Assembly (NCBI GenBank): GCA_019828565.1
Contig: JAHDYR010000001.1
Coordinates: 62,001 to 126,000, forward strand
Reading direction: 5' to 3'
Source: Carpediemonas membranifera BICM
Lineage: Eukaryota; Protista; Fornicata
DNA: 64,000 nucleotides
Below the pieces are notes generated by a model that was given only the letters and a program-made list of their open reading frames with translations, ran no database searches and was not told the DNA's origin. Below, in pieces: positions 11,542 to 23,475 of this stretch. The position numbers were made by a program, and so were the translations under genes. How positions within the stretch are numbered: the first letter of the stretch is position 1; every line of letters starts with the position of its first letter.

Positions 11542-14500
11542 TTACGGTGGCAGGGGCGGCCTGATGTGAGGAGCCTGTGTCGGGCAAAACTGCTCGGAGT
11601 CGCCCTCGGATGCGATCGACTGGGCAGACACCACCGGATACACTTGCTGGCCTTCGAACATGCCGTATGAGTCAGGCCCACACTGACCAGCGATAGGTGT
11701 CGGGTATGCGTGTGCGTAAGACTTCTTTCGCGTGAGCTTCAGAATGAGCGATGCCAGTGCGGAGGTGGAAGCGCCTGACACAAAGCAAACGATCGCTATT
11801 AGTAGACATAAGAGTCCAGCCGAGCCCAAAGCTATTGCAATGACGGTAGGAAGGGGCAAGCTGTTGGTAGGTGAGGCAGAGTTAGTATGTGTCACCTCAC
11901 TGGCAAGCTTGGACACCAGGAATGGGTGCCCGTCCAGACTAGCGACAACTGTGTGGTGATCGACGGACGCGTCATTGGTGGAAACGGGGAGGGTGAAGCA
12001 GATCTTGCCGTTTGATAGGGCGAGCTCGGTGAGATAAAGGTCATCATACGTGATGGAAATCGCGGTGAGCGCCCCAAAGGCTGCGTCACTAAGTCCAATA
12101 CACGTCTGAGGGCCGGCCTCGTTCGTTCCTGCGCTAATAGCTGGCGTGTAGTACATCTTGAGGTGATTCGCAGTCACCCCGGCTCGGGTCGCGCCACATT
12201 GCACCTCTGCTGCGTCATTCAGCGCGACTGAATTGAGCGTACATGTGCCAAAGCCGGTGACCTCGACCTCGGAGGGGCACACTGGACTTTTCAGGACGGA
12301 GCTGATGGTTGTACCAACCAGCGTGACCTCTGGGTTGGGGAGGACGAAGTCGGCCGGGATTGTGACGCTGATTGAGCTCTTCACGTTGTCTTCAAGGGTG
12401 AAATTGAGTGCATACGTCTGGCCAACGATCGTACCCAACGCGTTGACCGGTATCACGGGCACGGCGAGTGTCGTGGTGGCGTTGCTTACGATCTGGCAAG
12501 GCCACAAGTCGTCGAGCGTGGCGTTCTTCACACCAACTGACAACACCGCGCGGTTAAACGTTATACTTGTTTCTTCGCCCACAGTGATGCTGTTCTCGAT
12601 GAATGACTCACACGAAGTCTGCGGCCCGACAGGGCATGACCATGCCAGTGCGGGGCAGGCCGTGCATGATTCCTGACCGGAGCTGACAGAGTACGTGCCG
12701 TTATTGCACGGAAGCTGTTGAGAGTGGTCAGAATTCGCGACGTAGTACCCGGCGTCGGCCGTGTCGCAGCTGCTCTGGCCGGTGGCGGCCTGGTAGGTAC
12801 CAGCGTCACACCCGACTGGGGCGACAGACCCGGCCTCGCAGTAGGAGCCGGCGGGGCACGCACCACCGGTGGGCCCGTCTGTGGGCGTGGCCGTCGTGGC
12901 GTTTGCGGTGCAGTAGTACCCGGACGCGCACTGCCCGGTCGGCGCGGTCAGGCCGGTGCTGCCGCAGTAGTATCCAGCTGTGCAGTCAACACAGGCGCTC
13001 TGGCCGGTCTCTGGCTGGAACGTGCCGAGCGGGCAGGCCACTGCGACAGCCCCGCCGGAGCAGTAGTAGCCTTCAGGGCACACCAGCTGGGTCGTGTGCG
13101 GCTGGGCGTCGGCGGGCGTGTAGTAGCCTGAATCGGCGTCCTCGCATGCGCTCTGGCCAGCCAGGGCCTGGTACGCGCCGCTGTCGCACACGAGCTGCGC
13201 CGTGTGGTTCGTATTGGGCACGTAGTACCCGGCGTCGGCGGTGTCGCAGGCGGACTTCCCAGTGGTGTTCGTGTATGCACCAGGGTCTGAGCACTCGACC
13301 TGGGCCACGTAGTCGTCGCTGTAGTTACCGACAGCTGCGGGCGCACAGTAGGAATGCCCTGTGCTTGCCTGGAATGTGCCGAGGTCGCACTGGAGCTGGA
13401 TAGGGTGGGGCTGGCTGTCGGCCGGGACGTAGTGACCAGCATCAGCGGCGAGACATGAGGCCTGGCCAGGCGCTGGCTGGTACGTGCCGTTGTCGCAAAC
13501 GAGTTGCTGTGTGTGGTTCGTGCTGGGCACATAGTACCCGGCGTCTGCGGTTTCGCAGCTGCTCTGGCCGGTCTCTGGCTGGAACGTGCCGAGCGGGCAG
13601 GCCACTGCGACAGCCCCGCCGGAGCAGTAGTAGCCTTCAGGGCACACCAGCTGGGTCGTGTGCGGCTGGGCGTCGGCGGGCGTGTAGTAGCCTGAATCGG
13701 CGTCCTCGCATGCGCTCTGGCCAGCCAGGGCCTGGTACGCGCCGCTGTCGCACACGAGCTGCGCCGTGTGGTTCGTATTGGGTACGTAGTACCCGGCGTC
13801 GGCCGTGTCGCAGCTGCTCTGGCCGGTGGCGGCCTGGTAGGTACCAGCGTCACACCCGACTGGGGCGACAGACCCGGCCTCGCAGTAGGAGCCGGCGGGG
13901 CACGCACCACCGGTGGGCCCGTCTGTGGGCGTGGCCGTCGTGGCGTTTGCGGTGCAGTAGTACCCGGACGCGCACTGCCCGGTCGGCGCGGTCAGGCCGG
14001 TGCTGCCGCAGTAGTATCCAGCTGTGCAGTCAACACAGGCGCTCTGGCCGGTCTCTGGCTGGAACGTGCCGAGCGGGCAGGCCACTGCGACAGCCCCGCC
14101 GGAGCAGTAGTGGCCTTCAGGGCACACCAGCTGGGTCGTGTGCGGCTGGGCGTCGGCGGGCGTGTAGTAGCCTGAATCGGCGTCCTCGCATGCGCTCTGG
14201 CCAGCCAGGGCCTGGTACGCGCCGCTGTCGCACACGAGCTGCGCCGTGTGGTTCGTATTGGGCACGTAGTACCCGGCGTCGGCGGTGTCGCAGGCGGACT
14301 TCCCAGTGGTGTTCGTGTATGCACCAGGGTCTGAGCACTCGACCTGGGCCACGTAGTCGTCGCTGTAGTTACCGACAGCTGCGGGCGCACAGTAGGAATG
14401 CCCTGTGCTTGCCTGGAATGTGCCGAGGTCGCACTGGAGCTGGATAGGGTGGGGCTGGCTGTCGGCCGGGACGTAGTGACCAGCATCAGCGGCGAGACAT

Positions 14501-17500
14501 GAGGCCTGGCCAGGCGCTGGCTGGTACGTGCCGTTGTCGCAAACGAGTTGCTGTGTGTGGTTCGTGCTGGGCACATAGTACCCGGCGTCTGCGGTTTCGC
14601 AGCTGCTCTGGCCGGTCTCTGGCTGGAACGTGCCGAGCGGGCAGGCCACTGCGACAGCCCCGCCGGAGCAGTAGTAGCCTTCAGGGCACACCAGCTGGGT
14701 CGTGTGCGGCTGGGCGTCGGCGGGCGTGTAGTAGCCTGAATCGGCGTCCTCGCATGCGCTCTGGCCAGCCAGGGCCTGGTACGCGCCGCTGTCGCACACG
14801 AGCTGCGCCGTGTGGTTCGTATTGGGCACGTAGTACCCGGCGTCGGCCGTGTCGCAGCTGCTCTGGCCGGTGGCGGCCTGGTAGGTACCAGCGTCACACC
14901 CGACTGGGGCGACAGACCCGGCCTCGCAGTAGGAGCCGGCGGGGCACGCACCACCGGTGGGCCCGTCTGTGGGCGTGGCCGTCGTGGCGTTTGCGGTGCA
15001 GTAGTACCCGGACGCGCACTGCCCGGTCGGCGCGGTCAGGCCGGTGCTGCCGCAGTAGTATCCAGCTGTGCAGTCAACACAGGCGCTCTGGCCGGTCTCT
15101 GGCTGGAACGTGCCGAGCGGGCAGGCCACTGCGACAGCCCCGCCGGAGCAGTAGTAGCCTTCAGGGCACACCAGCTGGGTCGTGTGCGGCTGGGCGTCGG
15201 CGGGCGTGTAGTAGCCTGAATCGGCGTCCTCGCATGCGCTCTGGCCAGCCAGGGCCTGGTACGCGCCGCTGTCGCACACGAGCTGCGCCGTGTGGTTCGT
15301 ATTGGGCACGTAGTACCCGGCGTCGGCGGTGTCGCAGGCGGACTTCCCAGTGGTGTTCGTGTATGCACCAGGGTCTGAGCACTCGACCTGGGCCACGTAG
15401 TCGTCGCTGTAGTTACCGACAGCTGCGGGCGCACAGTAGGAATGCCCTGTGCTTGCCTGGAATGTGCCGAGGTCGCACTGGAGCTGGATAGGGTGGGGCT
15501 GGCTGTCGGCCGGGACGTAGTGACCAGCATCAGCGGCGAGACATGAGGCCTGGCCAGGCGCTGGCTGGTACGTGCCGTTGTCGCAAACGAGTTGCTGTGT
15601 GTGGTTCGTGCTGGGCACATAGTACCCGGCGTCTGCGGTTTCGCAGCTGCTCTGGCCGGTCTCTGGCTGGAACGTGCCGAGCGGGCAGGCCACTGCGACA
15701 GCCCCGCCGGAGCAGTAGTAGCCTTCAGGGCACACCAGCTGGGTCGTGTGCGGCTGGGCGTCGGCGGGCGTGTAGTAGCCTGAATCGGCGTCCTCGCATG
15801 CGCTCTGGCCAGCCAGGGCCTGGTACGCGCCGCTGTCGCACACGAGCTGCGCCGTGTGGTTCGTATTGGGTACGTAGTACCCGGCGTCGGCCGTGTCGCA
15901 GCTGCTCTGGCCGGTGGCGGCCTGGTAGGTACCAGCGTCACACCCGACTGGGGCGACAGACCCGGCCTCGCAGTAGGAGCCGGCGGGGCACGCACCACCG
16001 GTGGGCCCGTCTGTGGGCGTGGCCGTCGTGGCGTTTGCGGTGCAGTAGTACCCGGACGCGCACTGCCCGGTCGGCGCGGTCAGGCCGGTGCTGCCGCAGT
16101 AGTATCCAGCTGTGCAGTCAACACAGGCGCTCTGGCCGGTCTCTGGCTGGAACGTGCCGAGCGGGCAGGCCACTGCGACAGCCCCGCCGGAGCAGTAGTA
16201 GCCTTCAGGGCACACCAGCTGGGTCGTGTGCGGCTGGGCGTCGGCGGGCGTGTAGTAGCCTGAATCGGCGTCCTCGCATGCGCTCTGGCCAGCCAGGGCC
16301 TGGTACGCGCCGCTGTCGCACACGAGCTGCGCCGTGTGGTTCGTATTGGGCACGTAGTACCCGGCGTCGGCCGTGTCGCAGCTGCTCTGGCCGGTGGCGG
16401 CCTGGTAGGTACCAGCGTCACACCCGACTGGGGCGACAGACCCGGCCTCGCAGTAGGAGCCGGCGGGGCACGCACCACCGGTGGGCCCGTCTGTGGGCGT
16501 GGCCGTCGTGGCGTTTGCGGTGCAGTAGTACCCGGACGCGCACTGCCCGGTCGGCGCGGTCAGGCCGGTGCTGCCGCAGTAGTATCCAGCTGTGCAGTCA
16601 ACACAGGCGCTCTGGCTGGTCTCTGGCTGGAACGTGCCGAGCGGGCAGGCCACTGCGACAGCCCCGCCGGAGCAGTAGTAGCCTTCAGGGCACACCAGCT
16701 GGGTCGTGTGCGGCTGGGCGTCGGCGGGCGTGTAGTAGCCTGAATCGGCGTCCTCGCATGCGCTCTGGCCAGCCAGGGCCTGGTACGCGCCGCTGTCGCA
16801 CACGAGCTGCGCCGTGTGGTTCGTATTGGGCACGTAGTACCCGGCGTCGGCGGTGTCGCAGGCGGACTTCCCAGTGGTGTTCGTGTATGCACCAGGGTCT
16901 GAGCACTCGACCTGGGCCACGTAGTCGTCGCTGTAGTTACCGACAGCTGCGGGCGCACAGTAGGAATGCCCTGTGCTTGCCTGGAATGTGCCGAGGTCGC
17001 ACTGGAGCTGGATAGGGTGGGGCTGGCTGTCGGCCGGGACGTAGTGACCAGCATCAGCGGCGAGACATGAGGCCTGGCCAGGCGCTGGCTGGTACGTGCC
17101 GTTGTCGCAAACGAGTTGCTGTGTGTGGTTCGTGCTGGGCACATAGTACCCGGCGTCTGCGGTTTCGCAGCTGCTCTGGCCGGTCTCTGGCTGGAACGTG
17201 CCGAGCGGGCAGGCCACTGCGACAGCCCCGCCGGAGCAGTAGTAGCCTTCAGGGCACACCAGCTGGGTCGTGTGCGGCTGGGCGTCGGCGGGCGTGTAGT
17301 AGCCTGAATCGGCGTCCTCGCATGCGCTCTGGCCAGCCAGGGCCTGGTACGCGCCGCTGTCGCACACGAGCTGCGCCGTGTGGTTCGTATTGGGCACGTA
17401 GTACCCGGCGTCGGCCGTGTCGCAGCTGCTCTGGCCGGTGGCGGCCTGGTAGGTACCAGCGTCACACCCGACTGGGGCGACAGACCCGGCCTCGCAGTAG

Positions 17501-20500
17501 GAGCCGGCGGGGCACGCACCACCGGTGGGCCCGTCTGTGGGCGTGGCCGTCGTGGCGTTTGCGGTGCAGTAGTACCCGGACGCGCACTGCCCGGTCGGCG
17601 CGGTCAGGCCGGTGCTGCCGCAGTAGTATCCAGCTGTGCAGTCAACACAGGCGCTCTGGCCGGTCTCTGGCTGGAACGTGCCGAGCGGGCAGGCCACTGC
17701 GACAGCCCCGCCGGAGCAGTAGTGGCCTTCAGGGCACACCAGCTGGGTCGTGTGCGGCTGGGCGTCGGCGGGCGTGTAGTAGCCTGAATCGGCGTCCTCG
17801 CATGCGCTCTGGCCAGCCAGGGCCTGGTACGCGCCGCTGTCGCACACGAGCTGCGCCGTGTGGTTCGTATTGGGCACGTAGTACCCGGCGTCGGCGGTGT
17901 CGCAGGCGGACTTCCCAGTGGTGTTCGTGTATGCACCAGGGTCTGAGCACTCGACCTGGGCCACGTAGTCGTCGCTGTAGTTACCGACAGCTGCGGGCGC
18001 ACAGTAGGAATGCCCTGTGCTTGCCTGGAATGTGCCGAGGTCGCACTGGAGCTGGATAGGGTGGGGCTGGCTGTCGGCCGGGACGTAGTGACCAGCATCA
18101 GCGGCGAGACATGAGGCCTGGCCAGGCGCTGGCTGGTACGTGCCGTTGTCGCAAACGAGTTGCTGTGTGTGGTTCGTGCTGGGCACATAGTACCCGGCGT
18201 CTGCGGTTTCGCAGCTGCTCTGGCCGGTCTCTGGCTGGAACGTGCCGAGCGGGCAGGCCACTGCGACAGCCCCGCCGGAGCAGTAGTAGCCTTCAGGGCA
18301 CACCAGCTGGGTCGTGTGCGGCTGGGCGTCGGCGGGCGTGTAGTAGCCTGAATCGGCGTCCTCGCATGCGCTCTGGCCAGCCAGGGCCTGGTACGCGCCG
18401 CTGTCGCACACGAGCTGCGCCGTGTGGTTCGTATTGGGTACGTAGTACCCGGCGTCGGCCGTGTCGCAGCTGCTCTGGCCGGTGGCGGCCTGGTAGGTAC
18501 CAGCGTCACACCCGACTGGGGCGACAGACCCGGCCTCGCAGTAGGAGCCGGCGGGGCACGCACCACCGGTGGGCCCGTCTGTGGGCGTGGCCGTCGTGGC
18601 GTTTGCGGTGCAGTAGTACCCGGCCGCGCACTGCCCGGTCGGCGCGGTCAGGCCGGTGCTGCCGCAGTAGTATCCAGCTGTGCAGTCAACACAGGCGCTC
18701 TGGCTGGTCTCTGGCTGGAACGTGCCGAGCGGGCAGGCCACTGCGACAGCCCCGCCGGAGCAGTAGTAGCCTTCAGGGCACACCAGCTGGGTCGTGTGCG
18801 GCTGGGCGTCGGCGGGCGTGTAGTAGCCTGAATCGGCGTCCTCGCATGCGCTCTGGCCAGCCAGGGCCTGGTACGCGCCGCTGTCGCACACGAGCTGCGC
18901 CGTGTGGTTCGTATTGGGCACGTAGTACCCGGCGTCGGCGGTGTCGCAGGCGGACTTCCCAGTGGTGTTCGTGTATGCACCAGGGTCTGAGCACTCGACC
19001 TGGGCCACGTAGTCGTCGCTGTAGTTACCGACAGCTGCGGGCGCACAGTAGGAATGCCCTGTGCTTGCCTGGAATGTGCCGAGGTCGCACTGGAGCTGGA
19101 TAGGGTGGGGCTGGCTGTCGGCCGGGACGTAGTGACCAGCATCAGCGGCGAGACATGAGGCCTGGCCAGGCGCTGGCTGGTACGTGCCGTTGTCGCATAC
19201 TTGCAAGTCCCCTTCGCCATTGGTGAAGAATCCCGACCCGTCCACGTAGCAGACCGTCTGGCCGACATTCAACTGGTAGTAGCCGTCAGCGCACTCGCGC
19301 TGGTACTGGGCGCCAGCAGTGTTGGTGTAATACTGGGCCGACGTGTCAAGGCAGATGGAGTCACCGAGGGTGGCATACTGGCCGGCCGTGCAAGGCGTGC
19401 AGGCGGGGAAGTCCCCGTTGGTTCCGGGTGGACATTTGGGGATGTTCAGAACCTGTGCGGAAACGTAGTAGTTCTCGTGTTCAGCGGGGGCATTGGACTG
19501 GCTGGCGACGACGATGTTGCCGTTGCAGCGAGGGCCTTTCCCATGCGGGTGTAACTGCCGTTGCCTGCTGTTCTCGACGTGAGCACCCACTCGTTGTTGA
19601 TGAACTCGTAGATATATACGAATCCAGCAGCTGTGAACTCATCGCTGTCGGCTTCGTAATCTGAGATAATCAGACGATCTCCGTGAATCAAGACGGTGGA
19701 ACCGAAAACCACCGTGGAATCCGGGCTATTGTCCGCGTTGGGGTAGGCTGGCACAACGGTGGAAACATGCTCAAACGTCGTGGCCGAGTAGACATAGACC
19801 ATGTTCTCGGTCTCAAGACCGACTGCGAGGAGGTCTCCGTCGGAACTGAGGCTGACGATGGAATACCCGACGTCGATTGTCGTCACCACGGCTCCACTAT
19901 GGTTATATACGCGGACGACAGAAGCGGCTGACTCGAAAATGTAGTTCTCGTCCATGGCGACGGTGCGGCCGAGCTTAGCATATGATGCGGTGCCATTGAT
20001 GGACGTCACAGCGACGTCTTCCGCGTCTGTCCCATTGATTGTGACGATGAACACTGCTCCGCTGTCTTGAAACCCGCCGCGGTGGGCTAAATAATCGCCG
20101 ACGACGAATGTCGATGCCGTCTCGTTGACCTGTAAAGCGGTGGGCTGGAAAACACCGAATGAACTGCTAATCCCGTCATTGGGATATGTAAACGTGAGCG
20201 TGGCAATCTCGGTCGGGGTGTCGGCGCCGCTAAGGATGCTGATCGTGCCTGTGCCCCCATCGTAGGCCGACACCATGATGTGAGAGGCGGTTATGGCTAC
20301 ACCGGAGGCGTGAGTGCTCTGGCCGCTCGGCAAGTTCCACAGATGCGTCTTACTGAGGAACTTGCCCTCCGTGTCGAACAGAACGAGTGGGTAATACTCA
20401 TCATGGCCAAGCGTGGCGATCATGGAAGAGCTTGCGGCGACACCTATGATATTGGCGTGCACGAGGGACCTTGAACTCTCGACCAGGCGGGTCTGTCGGA

Positions 20501-21899
20501 AAGTTTCGGTGGCGATGCAGGTCCATTGGCCGTCATTCGGGTTGAAAGAGCTTGGGCATTTCAGCTGCCCAGTCAAGTCATACGGCGGCGAGTAGTAACC
20601 GAAGTCTGCGTTGAGGCAATAGACCTGGCCAGAGTCCGGTTGGTACTGGCCGGCTGGGCAAGGATCGCATTCGCCAGTGATCGACGAGAAGAAGTAGCCG
20701 GCATTGCAGTGCTTGAGGTCGATGACAGGGTTTGTTGTACCCACCCCACCGGCAAAAATGGTGACGTCTGAGAGAACAACGGAGATGCCGTACTTCTGAG
20801 ATGCAGTGTCGCCCGTAAACGTGTAAATCCACTCAAATTCGCCAGAGGCTGCCTTGTACTGATATGCAAACACAGCGCCAGTGTTGCTGAGCTCAGCCGT
20901 GTCATGCAGTGGTGTTCCTACGGCCACGATACCACCATGGACCGAGACCGACGTCCCAAAGTAGTCGTAGCTCGAGGCGTCCGGGGTCAGGGTCGAGATG
21001 AGGGCGGGGGTCGAGGGCACGGTGATGTTGTAGACATAGGCGGTGCCGCGGAAGTACGTGCGGCGGTTGTCTGTCACTGCGAGCCAGTCGCCGTCGACGG
21101 AGAGCTTTGTGTCAGAATTACAGCTAGGCGGAGTGATGGCGGCTACAGACGTTCCATCGATGCTAACGGTGCGGACATGGTAGCCATACGTGTTATTGTA
21201 CCACAGGTGATAAATGATGCCATCATTGACAGCAAAGGAGTGGGCCTCACCGATGTAGCTGCTGTAGGAGCTCTCCGGAACCAATGACAGCACGGGGTCC
21301 CAGGTTTCGTCGTGGTTGTACGTGAAGATGGCTCCTCTGTATGCAGTGGAGGCAGTGCCTGTGACCGTCTTCGTTTGGGGGGCGCCCACGACGAGGTCAT
21401 CACCCTCTATACTGAGGCTGAAGCCGAAGTAGCGGACAATGAAGTCATCAGCGCTCAGGTCGGGCGGGTCGAGGAGAGAGGGGGGATTGCCGCTGAACGA
21501 AAGCCCGTTGCGGTCGTAGACGTAGACTCGACCAGTGTAGCTGTTGTAGGAGTGGTCCGCATGTGTTATATGTCAGTAAAAGAAACAAACTGTAACGACG
21601 TAGGCATCGGAGACGGCGAGAGAGTGGCCAAAGTAGGTGCCGAAGAGGTAGACGTCATCGGCCAGGGACCAAATACCATCAGAGTCGCGAGAAAAGCTGG
21701 ATACAGTGTGAGTTTCGTGTGAAGAAACGAAGAGAGTGCTGTTGTCAACAAGCACGGAGTCTGAGACAGCCGCCTCAAGATACTGGTTGCAATACGAATT
21801 GACAACGAGCACCGCGAGGGAAAGCAGGATCAAACGCGGAATGTTCGTGCGTACGCATGCTTGTGTCCGGGGTATGGCAGCGTTCAGAGATCTCGGCAT
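11542..21899 (-). CDS. Giant type I surface protein: signal peptide, FG-GAP-like beta-propeller repeats, long Cys-rich GCC2_GCC3/ephrin-receptor-like repeat array, TM helix, short tail
   Basis: Joins ORFs 21573..22010 (LILLSLAVLVV signal; FGHSLAVS), 19446..21389 (FGTSVSV..VAVGTP..GAVFAY) and 11542..19590 (CPxGxYC/CDxGTYQxxxGQSxC repeats; TM VIAIALGSAGLLCLLIAIVCFV). The join needs a 30-nt intron at 21561-21590 and a 1-nt frameshift at about 19525. Confidence 0.85.
12737..19197. repeat. Near-identical coding tandem array, 1,044-bp higher-order unit with one extra 480-bp module
   Basis: Identical shadow ORFs recur at 13455, 14499, 15543, 17067 and 18111 (spacings 1044, 1044, 1524, 1044). Confidence 0.95.
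21561..21590 (-). other. Probable 30-nt intron with a non-canonical GT...AT boundary
   Basis: GTTTGT...TAACACAT contains an in-frame TGA. Removing it gives YVVT-ADHSYNSYTGRVYVY, a well-formed FG-GAP-like repeat. Confidence 0.55.
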
Positions 21900-22044
21900 G
21901 TTGGTGCACAGATGCGGTGTTTGCGTGATACTTCGGAACAAATAGCGCATTTTCGGGGGAGATAGCATCATTGGTTGTGCAATGCTTTTTTCAGCCACTT
22001 TTCTGCACATGACAGTGTGACAGTCACATTCTCATTCTGAGATT

Positions 22045-22124
22045 TGTTGCGCAGTATAAACACATTTTTCGAACCTCCCAGACAGGGCCTGAAAGGAACG
22101 ATCAAAGTGCCAAACTGCACAACA
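22045..22124 (-). ncRNA. Candidate Fanzor omegaRNA scaffold / element right end
   Basis: Starts immediately after the Fanzor stop codon. UGUUGUGCAGU (22124-22114) pairs with ACUGCGCAACA (22055-22045), extended by GGCAC/GUGUU. The G-U pairs only work on the minus (sense) strand. Confidence 0.55.
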
Positions 22125-22936
22125 TCATCCGTCCGTAGACGAATGTTGGCGGTTAGCCAATTGATGATACTGGAATGATGTTGGAAGGCGCGGGATCGAT
22201 GTGCGACTGAACGGAGAGCCACTGAGCTCATCTTCCGTGGCAAGAGAACGCCACAGGATGTTCTCTGCAGCACTCTTGTCCCGATGATCAACATTCAGAG
22301 CATCAGGAACTGTTGCGCGCCACTGAGCACCACGGCACTGTGGATTTTCGCAGAGCATCACACGATGTGGGTGAACGTGCTGGTCATCACGCGGACGAAC
22401 TCGCTTGTAGGGGGCGTGGCAGTGAGGGCAGACGACGGTGGTGCGGTCCTCGTTAACCATGTTAAGATCGACGACAATGTTATACCCCTTGAGAAGGGGT
22501 ACTATCTCTCTCGCGAACTTTCGATACGGCGCGCAAGGAATGAACATACCAGCAGGCGTGGTGAATCCCGAGCTCCCGTAGAAGACTTTCAGGCGAATGG
22601 GGGTGGCGATGGGATGGTGGCGACCGAACTCCCGAGCCAACTGTTGGCCGCAGCGGGCGAAGTGCTTCTGGCGAAGGATGTGGTTCGCAAAGCGCACTAG
22701 GCGGAAAGACTTACGCATTCCAGCCTCGAAAATGTCGTTCGCGTTGTCCAGCACAAACCTCATAGAGTTGTTGATACTCACTAGTCTTGTACTCTTGAAC
22801 GACGCGGCCGTCATATCAAAGCCGAAACTTGGCGTCTTAGTGTATCCGCACTTTGGAAGGACGCCGGAGCTGGTGGTGCCATCGGGGTGCCTGTTGTAAT
22901 ACCCTCCGATGGACCTCGCGCCCGGTCGAACCCCAT
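22125..22936 (-). mobile_element. Fanzor (eukaryotic TnpB-like RNA-guided RuvC nuclease), N-terminally short, one frameshift at about 22923
   Basis: RuvC-I LMGFD[P]GAR (restored by adding one C to GACCGGGC), VFYG..GF....AP segment, RuvC-II VNEDRTTVV, Zn finger CPHC...CENPQC, RuvC-III HRDKSAAENIL, C-terminal SPFSR. The upstream frame stays open to 23092. Confidence 0.85.
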
Positions 22937-23131
22937 GAGGTGGGCATCAGGATCCGGCGCGGGCGGAGCCTCGGCATTATTGGATGTGGAATAGAAGACA
23001 ATGAGACGACGTGTGAGCGATTGTGATGTTTGCAGCTGTGCTGACGTCCACGAAGAAGACGCTTTGTGGAAGCCCTGGAGAAGACGATCTCCCTACCGAC
23101 TTAAGACGTGAGTAGGAGGGAGACAGGGCAG

Positions 23132-23167
23132 TGTTGCGCAGTATAAACACATTGTTTGACCCTTCAA
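23132..23167. repeat. Second copy of the Fanzor end motif (direct repeat of 22045-22080)
   Basis: TGTTGCGCAGTATAAACACATT is identical at 22045-22066 and 23132-23153; 31/36 identity over the extended match. Confidence 0.9.
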
Positions 23168-23190
23168 TAGCACAAGATTGTGAGCCTTAA

Positions 23191-23475
23191 CCTGCGAAAC
23201 ACACGATGCGATGCCACAACCCGAATTGTCAAGGTGCTCCATGGTACAGACAGCAACGCCTCAATTCCGATCCTACCACCACTTGGCTCAATCTCTCCCA
23301 CAGAGACAAGACTGCTGCACAGAACATCTTGGATTGCGGCCTCATGACGGATGCACAGTATCAAGCCAGTGCTTTCAGAAATCCAAGACCTCCAGCCCGT
23401 CTTCCCAACTATAACCCCAATACACCAATTACGGCTAACCAGCCGCTAGTCTTCGCCTCCGGGCAAGCTAATTGA
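23191..23475 (+). mobile_element. Second Fanzor remnant (C-terminal Zn finger half and RuvC-III only), opposite orientation
   Basis: MRCHNPNCQGAPW...HRDKTAAQNIL...SAFR..PRPPARLP aligns with MLCENPQCRGAQW...HRDKSAAENIL...SPFSR..PRLP of the 22125 ORF. Confidence 0.8.

Noticed and set aside
12737-19197. Possible CRISPR-like array
   Set aside because: Repeats are contiguous, in-frame coding units of hundreds of bp with no unique spacers.
12561-19268. Dozens of repeated 63-490 aa ORFs on both strands
   Set aside because: Shadow frames of the GC-rich Cys-repeat gene; they recur only because the DNA is tandemly repeated.
19500-19590. Programmed frameshifting in the surface protein (and at 52448 in the phosphatase)
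   Set aside because: Single-base indels in short runs occur throughout the window and differ between duplicate copies, so sequencing error is the simpler explanation.
22025-22041. Flank of Fanzor scaffold 1 resembles 39166-39182 (15/17) in the RCC1-like pseudogene
   Set aside because: The match is built on a low-complexity AGAATG tandem and does not begin at the scaffold boundary; too weak to call a guide target.
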